In this document: piece after piece, positions 12,722-24,200 of the stretch
How positions within the stretch are numbered: the first letter of the stretch is position 1
Layout of the letters: each line of letters opens with the position of its first letter
Assembly (NCBI GenBank): GCA_002633005.1
Contig: NMRA01000423.1
Coordinates: 122,676 to 186,675, forward strand
From: Phoronis australis
Taxonomy: Eukaryota; Animalia; Phoronida
Direction of reading: 5' to 3'
DNA length: 64,000 nucleotides
Notes under the pieces: generated by a model
Told to the model about the DNA's origin: nothing
Seen by the model: only the letters and a program-made list of their open reading frames with translations
The model's database searches: none
Translations under genes and position numbers: made by a program

Positions 12722-14025
12722 AGGCGAAGGCAACCTTTTTTCATGTCATTTTAGCAAAAATAAGGTTCGTTGACTATCCCAGACATATTTTTCACTTATT
12801 TACTGCTTTTCGCAATTTAATTAATTACTCGTCGTCTACTCCGAAGTGACGTTTTGGGAGGCAAGAATTTCGCGCCAATTTCTTTTCATATAGCCCGACT
12901 GTGAGAGCAGTCGAGTCAGTCATTGTTCTACCTCGGTTGTGATAAGTTCGGTGGTCGTTTGCTTTTGATTACGAGTCAGTCAACATGCCATGCTGTTGCT
13001 GCGTACTGGGATGTATTCATTATCGTCTCACGTACAGAGGAAGAACTGTCCCACTTGCCCGAGTGTCCCGCGACACACTCCCACTGGAGGGTGATCTGAG
13101 CACCCAAACTATTTACATCCCGTCGTGTGACTCCCTCGCCACACACCTGGCACCTTCTAAATTGCTCCAATACAAGTCCGCAATAAACTTATCAAACTTA
13201 GGCTCACCGATCTGTTCCTTGGATGACGAACTCTCCTCTTCACTGGGTGTCGAACTGGGCCTGTATTCACTCCCACTACTCAACATCGCTGCAGGGCTGC
13301 TTACAGGCTCTGGGCTAGAGACAACAGCACAGGGCGAATCACTGCTAGTTCCCGGAATTGCACGCAATGGGGTACGTTCGAAGGCACGGGTGACAGTAGA
13401 TGAAGTGGCCACAGCTCGATCGCGAGGCTTCTCGCTTCAAAAACGCACTTCTAGGGGTTGGCGACGGGGCACTGCCGGGAATAACAGTGGCGGTATGGTA
13501 CCTTTCTTCAGGCGTTGTTTCGCAGGGACGTTCATCAATTCAGAGTACATATCTCTGTCGTAATCTGACGGCAGAAAATTCTTGCCACACACTCGGTATC
13601 CCTCCACTGCTTTGAACGTTGCCTGGACGGGTAGCGCTGCGTTCTTCACATGAACGAGCTAGCCAAGTACGGCGAAGTGTGTCATCCTTCGGAAAGCGAC
13701 GCAAGGTACCCAAAGCGCGTGTGAGACGATAATGAGTACATCCCGGCGCGTAGCAACAGCGTGGCATGTTGACTGACTTGTAAGCAAAAGCAAACGACGA
13801 CCGAACTCATCACAACCGAGGTAGAACAATGACTGACTCGACAGCTCTCACAGGCAGACTATAATGAAAAGAAATTGGCGCGAAACTCTTGCCTCCCAAA
13901 ACGTCACTTCCGGAGTAGAGAAATTAATCAAATTACGAAAAGCTGTAATTGAGTGAAAAATGTCTGGGATAATCAAAGAAACTTATTTTTGCTAAAAGTG
14001 ACATGAAAAAAGGTTGTCTTCGTCT
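12722..14025 (-). mobile_element. Internally deleted Kolobok-like DNA transposon with THAP-domain transposase remnant
   Basis: TTAA on both sides (12718-12721 and 14026-14029), AG...CT termini, long inverted repeats 12722-13031 and 13721-14025. The minus-strand frameshifted ORF has THAP motifs (MPRCCYAPGC, FPKD..LRRTW, RVCGKNF, RLKKGTIPPLLF), then KFI, CQVCG and WECVAGHSGKWDS, resembling the Kolobok zinc-finger region. No DDE core is present. Confidence 0.85.
13032..13767 (-). pseudogene. Frameshifted, truncated THAP/zinc-finger transposase N-terminus
   Basis: Pieces lie in ORFs 13540-13767, 13437-13649, 13113-13412 and 12976-13170; the THAP His ligand is replaced by Asn (CGKNF). Confidence 0.8.
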
Positions 14026-16911
14026 TTAAGTGCTTTGGTTTTTGTATGCCGTACTTTATGGTATTTTGGAATGGCCATTTTCCATAAAACCAACTGAAAC
14101 ACCACCTCAACTGTTTACTGTAACTCAAAACCAATGTGGTGATCAGACAATTTATTTGTACTGCAAGGAGACAGTATGATGGTCAACCTCGAAATTTGAG
14201 CACGGTTACATCAATGTTCATGAAAAGTGATGTTAGCAAACTGCCCCTTAATTAGCAATTTCTCAAATACGCGCTAGGTGTCAATCAATTCAAGTTCCAG
14301 GCCCTCTGTTGCTAAGAAAAGCTTAAGCAATGTTTCCTCGGCAGACCTTGAATGTATTACACAAGAAAGTACTCGTAAGTGTTAAACAGAAGTTATCAGA
14401 GTGTGAAACTTAGTTTTGAAAATACTGTCTTTAGAAAGTGGCTGATTTTAACTCGCTGAACTGGGGCCACACCCAGAGAATTCTAATAAATATTTACAAA
14501 CAGCATGGCACGCTTCGCCGGAGTAATACTCTAAATTTCTTGGGATGTGATTGGTCAGTCTTCCGAGTCGAGTCTCGGGGAAATGCTTAAGCGTCTTGAA
14601 TTCCCTGAACATTTTTAGAGGGATTGAAGAAGCAGTGTGTAGAAAATGGCCTTCTATAGATTAGAAGGAAATGTCGTTTTTAGCATTCTCGTCAGCGTCT
14701 CGTTGTGATGTACAATGTAATATAGCTAAAAAATTTCTGACTGTGTGTTTTAATACCATACAGTAGTGTGCATATTAGACAATAAACTACTTATTTAGCT
14801 CAGGAACTACTTCGTGTTTTATTCACTGTGGTAGTTGGCGACGTGGTGGTTCAAAACGACATTGAACATAGACCATTCTGACCTGGAAGATAAGTGGAAA
14901 AAGCTAGATGCCACGAAGGTAACTGCATTATGGCAGACCTCACAAATAAAATGTGACCAGCGTTATCGTGCAGTTATGGAACATTTAAGCAGGCGCGCTA
15001 AGTGGAGATCTTGCCTCAGTTAGGTAACCGTCACTGACCAGTCTCGTGAACCGGGCATTCGCAAACAAGTTGTCGTCAAGTTAATTTTGTGTTCCAGCGA
15101 GAGCACTGTACGTCTAGAGCTGATTATCTCTGCGACAGTGTGATGGTTAAAATAAGTTCCTTCTCCGCTAGAGTCCTCATGTAGTGTACAAAATACTGCA
15201 AATTTCAATGCCATGCCTCCAGTCCTGTGTTTTGTAGACCTTCTTACGAGAAGACTTCGCAAGATGTTGCCATGTATCGCAATCAAAGTAGGTGATCATA
15301 CTAGTTTATTGAGGGAGATTCTTGCGTCTACGAAACTTTTTCCGGAGTTTCAGTCTGCTGCAGACAGCACTGCGCATGCCCCAAAAATCCTGAGGTCGCG
15401 AAACTTTACACCGCCAGAATAACGTTCAATGGAATAATAGCAGTACACTCCGGACGTGTAACGGACGTGTATGCATTGGTGCATGTTCAAAATTTAACGT
15501 TTTCCTATTGTCTACGGAGGCTTAAACGCCTATCAGTGTCTTCAGCACACGCTTTCAAGCACTGGGGGTGAAGATTATAGGAAGACACATCTCGGTTTTA
15601 CGTTCTACAACACATCATCAATGAATGGAGGGTTGTTTCCCACCGTTTTTGTCTTGGAAGGAGTACAACGTCACAAATAGGAGGAAGTTGAAGTCCTTAG
15701 TTACATGTATGATTCGTGGAATGCCTTTTGATTTCATTAAACATGTCTTCCTAAACCCTTCTGTAATACCAGTTTTCTTCTTCAATTAAGATGTTGGTGT
15801 GTTCTCTGCATGCAGCGTGTACAGTGGCACCTATAGTGGTACCTTACATGTACTTCATATAGGGTGCAGTTTCAAAACGTCCACAAAAGCTAGCACGCAG
15901 CCTCCGAGTAAGTGAATAATTAACCTGCATATCAACAGTTGTTCGGAGCTTTTTCATCAAAACTTCTGTCTTTGTTTTCGTGTCTATACATGTAAACATC
16001 TTCGAGGCAAATGACCGTAAACTTCGCTGTTGAAACAGGTGACCTAAAGGTGCCGACTTTCTACCAAGCTCACTTTGCCCGCTCAATTTGGCGGCCTTCA
16101 GGTCGCCAATACGACTTCAGATTGTGTTTGGTGACCTGGGAAAATTCCAAGTCCCCACGAGGTCGCCACTGCGAGTATCAAAATCAGACAATAATGCCCT
16201 TTAAATTCGTTTCAAGGTTCGTGTTGACTTCCCAACTTTCTGCTCTCCTAGATGTATTACGTTTGATTCACAATTGTTTCGTTTAGTTCGTGAATTCAGC
16301 ACATTTGCCACCACGTTTAAATTACAGCAAAACAGACAGAAGTCGGAATTGTTCGGCAAAATCTGGCAAGATTGGTTAAATTCGCGCCACCAGCCCACCT
16401 TGGATTTTTGCCAAGTCGCCAAATGCGACTTTGCGTTTAGCTATGCGTCGAGCGCTGAGAGTTCATGAATGATCACGGTCAAAAAGCAATACTTTGGAAG
16501 TTACCCAAACTAATTACCAGATTATCGGTTTTTCTAAGCGCGTTTATCCATATAAAAAGCGAGTTTGTACTTATATTTGCTGCAGATGTTTCCAAATAAA
16601 TTGTTTTTTTTTTTAGACAAAGCGATGGAGTTATTCGGTTAATTTGTCAATTATTGCAAAATTTCAAGGTTTTCAAAAATAGGTTTACGGTTGAAATCAA
16701 TGAAAAGTAAGCATAAAAACGAAATATTTCTGAATGGAAGACGACAGAGGAATGCAAGCTTCCTGTGCGAGCATGCCAGGCATTACTGGAAATGCTAAGC
16801 TAATCTTGCGCAGCAGGCCAGCGCTCGATTTCGATCGCAAATGCGCATTGCAGTGACGTCACTCCTCCAACGTGTTTCAGGTGCTTGCCTATTCTCATAT
16901 ACACTCAAGGA

Positions 16912-16948
16912 CATGGGCGGCGCACCGTAAGGGGCTGCGCCGCCCATG
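16912..16948. mobile_element. 37-bp minimal element made of two TIRs (CATGGGCGGCGCA...TGCGCCGCCCATG)
   Basis: Perfect 13-bp inverted repeats with aagga on both flanks. Confidence 0.65.
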
Positions 16949-17999
16949 AAGGAGAGAAGTTTCCTTGGCATTTTACACCCGACTGGCGTCCTCGGCCATC
17001 TTGCACTGCACAATAATCTGCTAGTAAGATTACATGTATAGCGCCAGATGGCGATTAAGTAAGGACCCTTGAAAATGCCCAAATTTGTCTAACTTCAGAA
17101 CATCATATCTCAAAAATGACTGATCGGATTCTTGAGGAAGTTTCAGGTTTTATGTTTTACACACTGTTCTCCAAATAATTGTTAACACTTCTTTTTAAGA
17201 TTTCAACGTTTGCATTAGGGGCTACCAAAATAGAAATTTTATGATTGTTATGAAAAAACTGCGTAAAACAAAAGCGTACTGGTAATTTAGAAACGTGTAG
17301 AAGCGTTTTTGAGATTTTATCCTCCATATTCATACCAAATAAATTTTAGGAATGTTATGAACACCCTTGTTTTGCTATGAATGCCTAGTACAGTACTTTT
17401 ATTTTTTAAATTTCATAAAAACACATAGCCACTTGACCCAATTAGTGGACTTCTCAGTATATAAACGCAAATTCTACGCGCTTTGTATTTTCAGAAAATA
17501 TATACTCTTAATCCACGCTCATTCGATATAATAGTCAATATTCGGCATTTCCCGCACGGCATTATTTGTATGTATAAGTAGAGTTTGAGAAACGTTTTTG
17601 GCGCCAAATGGAACCTTCCCTTTTTGAATTTAACTGGAACTGTTTTTCAATTGGCCTAAAACCATGCAGGCGTATGCAGTGAAATTTAAAAATTCTTTTA
17701 TCCACGGTAACCATTCACCAATAACTTTATTGCATGCCCTATTTAAACAATCAATCAGCAAATTTAAAAAATAGACGTCACACGAACTTCATATCGAAGG
17801 ACATGTGTCAATCAAGTTAGGTATCACCTTAATTTTATTGCGGGTTAGAGGGAGGTGAGTAGGGAATCAGCGAGTTTTTCGGTGTGATGCGTAGATGGCA
17901 ATCATTATTTTTCAGGTGGTAGGAAAACGATCGATGTTTTGGTTACAATTATTACGTCAGTAAACGTTCATCAGACTACTCGAGGTACATGCGTGGTCA

Positions 18000-18253
18000 T
18001 TAGAAGGCGCTGAAGCCAACAGGTCGAATCTTCATGCTCGTTCTTTTCAGGGAGTATCTGTGACCTTTGAACGAGTCCCAAGTGACCCCTTTGCCATAGC
18101 TGTTGTCACCGTACAGGCCGTTCAGGTTGGAGCGGTGACAATTAGAGTACCACCAGGCGCCTTTACGGGCGGCAGCACAGTTCATGCGGCTTTTGTCGTT
18201 ATCATTGTCCATGGTGCTGAAGGCGCGGCGGTTGTGATAGTTGAGAGATTCGC
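18000..18253 (-). CDS. FReD terminal exon (P subdomain, Ca/acetyl-binding region)
   Basis: tttcag| acceptor; [20 protein letters not shown]...[15 protein letters not shown]...[11 protein letters not shown]. Confidence 0.92.
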
Positions 18254-21200
18254 CTGAAACAGGAGCCACGAATGCGTTTGTGAACATCATCTTAGTCAAT
18301 TGGCCGTAATTAAATCACTATAAAAGTCATCATGAATTTCTTCCTCGCTCCCTCTCCACCCTTTCTTTACCCCTCTCCGCCCTCCTCTCCTCCGCCATCC
18401 TCTCCTCCGCCCCCTTTTCCTTTCCCCCCGTCCCTATTCTTTTTTCCTCCTTACCGCCATTACTCCCATCCTCCACCCGTTAGACATATTCGAAACTTGT
18501 TCACTATGTCACAATTCCGGCTTGAATGATTGTTATTTTTAACGTTGCTTTCCTGAAAATTGACTATAAGGGATCAATGCACTTTTGCATTACGCAGTTT
18601 GACGAAAAAGATAACTTTCTCATTTGAACTGTTATATGTACAAGGCAATACAAAACAAAACACCCATACAAGTGAGACAATCACTATGTACATGAACTGG
18701 AAGATATTTTTCCTTTGAAATATCAATTGTGCTTGAATTGAATGTCATTATTCCCATAAAATGGACTTTTACCTGCATCTCCTAAATAGCTGCCAATGCT
18801 GAGCTTATATTTGCGTGTTTCTGAACCAATAGAGAACGCTGTATAAAATGCGTGCTTCTTGACACCATCGTGATCCTCTAGATCCACACGCAACTCGTAC
18901 GTAGTCTGTCGCGTTAGTCGGTGGATGTTCTCGTTACCTGAAATGTCATAGATCGAGGCCTAAAGGCAGCGCATCGTATATTGTTCTTCGTGACACTCTT
19001 TCACTGCACTGTCACTAAATTACCTGAATTACCTTCTGCGAGTGGGTTCACTGAAGATGTTGGGCACAAATCCTCTTGCCATAGGTACACCCAATGAGAA
19101 TAAGCTGAAGGGTATTGGGGGCGATGTTTCCCGAAGTTAAGTCTTCTCACAGAACCCGGATATCCGGTGGCTGGAAGCTGACTGGCCAAGAACCTTTCTA
19201 GTCGTAAAAGGTCAAGGCTGTCACTGGTAACTGTGAAGTTGGTTTCGAGGCTCGTTAAAATATTCTACCTCAACAACACTGACGTCACATAGACATACAG
19301 TAGCTCCACACTCACAAAAACGACGGACCTGCAAACTCAATTAACGGTCACCCACTGTATAAAACACTGCATAAATGAAAAACAAGGTTCTGAGCTGTCA
19401 ACTGTCAGCTGTACATGAAAACACGGCTTACAGACTCTTCACTTAGTCATATGTGAACCAGTGAGTCGTGTTTGTGGGTACGCAGACATGTTGTATGAGT
19501 GTGGGACGTGTGTATGAGTCGGTAAACTTGGTTTGCAGGTCCTCGATCAGCGTGCATCAACGCACGTGCCACGTTGTTCTAGTAGCCTGTAAAAAACGAA
19601 CTATTTCGTACGTCTACCTCAGCGTTGGAACTGAAGCCAGAAACCTTTCCTCCAATAGTGGTCAACGTTATACTATGAATTGCTTGAGTTTAATCGAACT
19701 AGTAGCAGGGTGAATGCCGTCTGGTGAGAAGTGCGGATGGTGTGGTCTAGCTATTGGACTTGATCCAAATAACGGCAGTAAGTATGGGTCTAGTGACGCC
19801 GTGACAACATCGTGGTGAAATAACGTTGTTTTATCAGCCAGTAAGTAGTAGATCTAACGAGCCCAATGTGACGTAGCAGTACAAGCACACAAAGTTGTCT
19901 TAAAAAATGCATACGCATTTAACAGATAGCACTTCATGTACACAGACTCCAATCAATAAGACGCAAAACAGCGGAATGATTGTGACACCAATTTTGTATC
20001 CTTTGAATTGTACGGTTATGATGAGCTCGACAAGCAACTTAAATTCAGGTACGTGTGTAAAAAAAGAGAGCAGTGTGAAATTTCGCTCAATCACCATAAC
20101 AACGAAGTTTTCAGCACATTAATACTTGGCACCAAGAAAACCTCCACAAGTACATCTCTGAGCAGAACAACTAGGTGTGCAGCTTACTGGGGCTGTACTT
20201 TTCCGTCATTCTTGTTTTCCGCTACTAACGTCCAGACGTCGACATACTGTGTTTGATAAGCTTATTCACAACTCTTGAACGACCGTGCACCACTCGTGAG
20301 CGATCGTGACTTCTGGATGGTTATCCTGATACTGGCATGTAAACATACACTGCCATAACTATGACAAAATGTCAGATTTTATTGGTATAATAACTGACAT
20401 CTTTCTTAGAGAAGAGCAAGAGAAATATCGGTTGTTTCGCAACAAAACACGTGCTTTGACTAACAGTTTAGGTCAAGGTTGGTCAAAACAGGTGACAGAA
20501 AACAGGTCCAGACAAATACTGTGCAATTTGTTGTACTTACCCAACCAGAACTCTGTCGACAAATTTCCGAAACCTTGCTTATATTCATACCAGTTGCGAT
20601 AAAAGCCAATAGAACCGTCTTGTCGACTTTGGAACACCTAGCATAAAGATGCACATGTTTGGATTAACATTGGATTAAACAAGTGCTGAATATAGCCGGG
20701 GTTAGTTTTATTTATTGACATTTTCTTTTTGCTCTTGAACAAGGTTGTCGCCTGTTTTCGTTCAATATTCGCACCGTTTCCTGTCCCTTTCTTATGTGAT
20801 AACCGATGGTCACCCCACACGGTGATCATGACTTCCTCACTGTTCTCCAACGATTCATAACTTAACGTCATAGAACGCGCCATGAGCCACATTTATCTAC
20901 AAAAGGTGGGAAAATGTTTATCACCTCTCTATGGACATAGCATATGTAGTGACATAGCTAGTTTATTTGGGTGCATTTGAATACAGAAAGATCATGCCGT
21001 AAGCCACTTCACAACATACCGTCCATCCTCCTCCGTCGGTCACCATGTCACAGTAAACTTCCATCTTACCAGCGCCATCACTCGGTGTAATGTTATAAAC
21101 ACCACTTTGTTTGACGCCTCCTTCATAAAGTTCAGAACAGTCCTTACCTGAAACTGTAGTCATAAATATAAGATTTTTCCGAGTTGACTGAAAATTTGCA

Positions 21201-24200
21201 AAACTCGGCTAGTTTCTCGTGTATCTCATAAAATTCAGACGATAAAGTTCATCCTCCACCTTAGTTTAAGAAACACCTGTCTGAACTCCTGTCCTGGCAG
21301 TTCAAACTCTTACTATAAATCTGCTTTTCTAACTGAATTGATGTTAAGAAAAATAATATACACTAAAATACAATGAATTAATTCTCATAAAGCCTCATGT
21401 TTTGCTGTCTTTGTCATGTTTGTCGCCACTGTACGTTCAACAATAAACACGTTAAGTTTAATGCCACCCATGCATGGTGACCAGTCTCTAATGAAACAAG
21501 ATCTCAGAGCTAGAACAAACCTCCGGTACCACAGGCAAGACGAGCAGGTAAACTAGTGGAGCGCACTGGGTCTATGAGACCTGGATTATTTCATTTCCTT
21601 CCTATTTCATACACTAGATATGACTAAAAAGAAGAGACATTCTTGCGCTTCGTTTACTGCTTGCAGTATATCACGTAACTTGAGCCATTTTGTACATTCA
21701 TCTTTTCAATTGCAAGATAACTACACATACATGTATGTGCAGAGAACCTGTCCTGAGGCAGCTGGGACTGCTTCAGTAGATGATTTGCTGAGGACCGATT
21801 CCATCTCAGGAAGTCTTGATATTTTTCATGTAGGTTATATTGGACTATTTAGCGGAATACGACCGATTGCCATACTTCGAAACCATACGCGGACGTCGAG
21901 GGTCAACAAATGGCAAGGCACAATACATGTATGTAGTCAAAACTATCAAATCGTTGGTAATTGAACGTTCATCATAATTTGTCCACACTTGTGGTATAAA
22001 GTTGCGTCAAGAGATCTTAGACAGCGAAAATACTACATATGATAAAAACATTAAATTGCTCAGTTTGAAGTTTTGCTTCGTTGATACATTGCACATGCGC
22101 AATCAAGCATTGTCAGTTTGCGCCATCATTTGGAGATTTTACTCTGTTCCATGTTACGCTGCCGTTTTTATACCTGGGCATCCAACGGTATTGCATGGCT
22201 GACTTTGCGAGCTGCTCCCGTTACAAGTGGCACCGCCGTTTGTAGGTGTGGGGTTGGTGCAAGTCCTAGTCGCTCTCCGTGAACCACCTCCGCAAGAAGC
22301 GGAGCAAGATTCAGAACTACTCCAGGCAGACCAGCCGCCGTTCACTGGAAATTCAATTCAACAATGCAAATGCGCCCCCAGTTTCATGAACAATTTCTCA
22401 GACCAATTGGTCTGAGGCAATTCCAAGGTTTCAGGAAAGCTTGGTGAGCGAGTAGATATAGTCTTGAATTTTACGATATTCATTCACAGATGTGACTCCA
22501 TAGTCAGATCGACACATACAGTTTTGACAACAGTGAAGGATTTTTCCATAATTAAGGCACATTTAGCTGGACGCATATCCGTATAGATCATGATGCTCAC
22601 CCACCATTTCAGAAAATGTGATAATCGCATCTCGTTAACGTTAATTACCATGAACATGGACGCCGATTCTAGAACAATTCGGGCGCTCGTGCCCGAAAGT
22701 GCACGCAAATTGGTCAGTCTCGTCCCAAAGCCTGAAGATAGCGCTGATCGGTTTAGCCATTTCAGACTTGGTTGTCGGACATGAAATGTGTCAGAATTCT
22801 GACACATTTTTATGGAAATCTACGGAATACTACGAGTAATATAATTTTGAAATTTTCTGCAGTTTTAAATTAGAATGGAAACAAATAGTATATTGCAAAA
22901 ATGATGTATTTTTATTCGAAAATAGATTAATTTCTATACTATTTATAAAAAATAATTGGAAATAAGTAGAAGACAAGTTTTTTTCAAACAATAATCAGTA
23001 CATGGCCTTCTGCTCCATGAATGGCAACAACGCCAGTGAAAATAATTTAAATCTGCTTCTGTTTTAATGACGTCAAGGCAGCGGCCAATCGTTGCGCAGA
23101 AGATAATTCCCATAACCAAGCTTTGAATGACAAAACCGATCAGCGCCAAGAGGCTGGCAAATTGGTAAGAATGCAATTGAAACCGCAGGCGCAGTATTGA
23201 CATCGGTTTGCCTTCTTGGCCAATAGATGTCACAACTAGTTGACCAAGGAGGCTACAATGTGAAAAGGAAGCTTTTGTTAGGAATTACGTCCTTGCGGAC
23301 CGTAATCGAGGACGATTGACAGCTCTGGAAAGGCTTGGGTTCAGATTTCAAGTTTTTACTCGAAACGTTCCATGTAGTTGGTCAAACCTTGCGTCGAGTG
23401 TCAAGTACAGAGATTAGATCCCGGGCGGTGCACTGGGATCTGTTTCATGATGGTGATTTTAGAATAAAGTCTGAGAATATGAGTTACACTACCCACAACC
23501 ACATACAAAAAGTTTTGTCTCACTCCAGCGATCTAAAAGTTCAAATTCTCAGACGATAAACCAATAATAGCTAGCTTATTTAACGGGCTCTATTGCCATC
23601 AATAATTGTTTTCAGAGGAGATTTATGAGCAAGTTTAAAGGGATGCGATTAATGTCGTTTATAGTGACGAAAAAGATAAACAAACGCAAAACAAATTGTG
23701 AAAGATGGATCATGTAGATTAGGAGAAGCGCAACTTGAAGTGAAACTTAATAAAGCCCAAAGTCACAAGTTTCTCCTTTGCAGCGTGTGCAACGAAATTC
23801 AGTACAAGTCGCGAAACGGGTGGTTACGATGCTTCCTACATTTTCTAACACAGTAGTGTCAATAACTCCTTCTTTATACGTTACCAAAAAGTCTTTAAAA
23901 ACCCGAAATTTTTACATTACTGACGAAAACACCCGGTCGCTACATGTACATTTTTTTATCTGAGGATCTGGCATAAAATTTAAGCTTAAAAACTTGATAA
24001 ATAATAAATTTACGCCAAACTGTTACTTATTTCTGAAAATGTGGGCAAATTACAACCCCACTATTCCCCCACTTTACGTAAAGTGCTACCGCCGCTCGAT
24101 GCTACAGAATGGTGTCTCAGTAGTTGAGTGCTACATGTATATCCAATCTCTTAAAGCAAACCGGAATTAGGCAGTGCAATTCCTATGAATATGCTTTTAC

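Noticed and set aside
14480-14620. Minus-strand TLKHFPETRLGRL resembling a BTB/T1 motif, and a nearby B-box-like CTLH (~15100-15200)
   Set aside because: The matches are short, surrounded by stops, and lack the other family motifs and splice sites.
18332-18529. Proline-rich ORF
   Set aside because: It is a pyrimidine-rich low-complexity tract inside a FReD intron.
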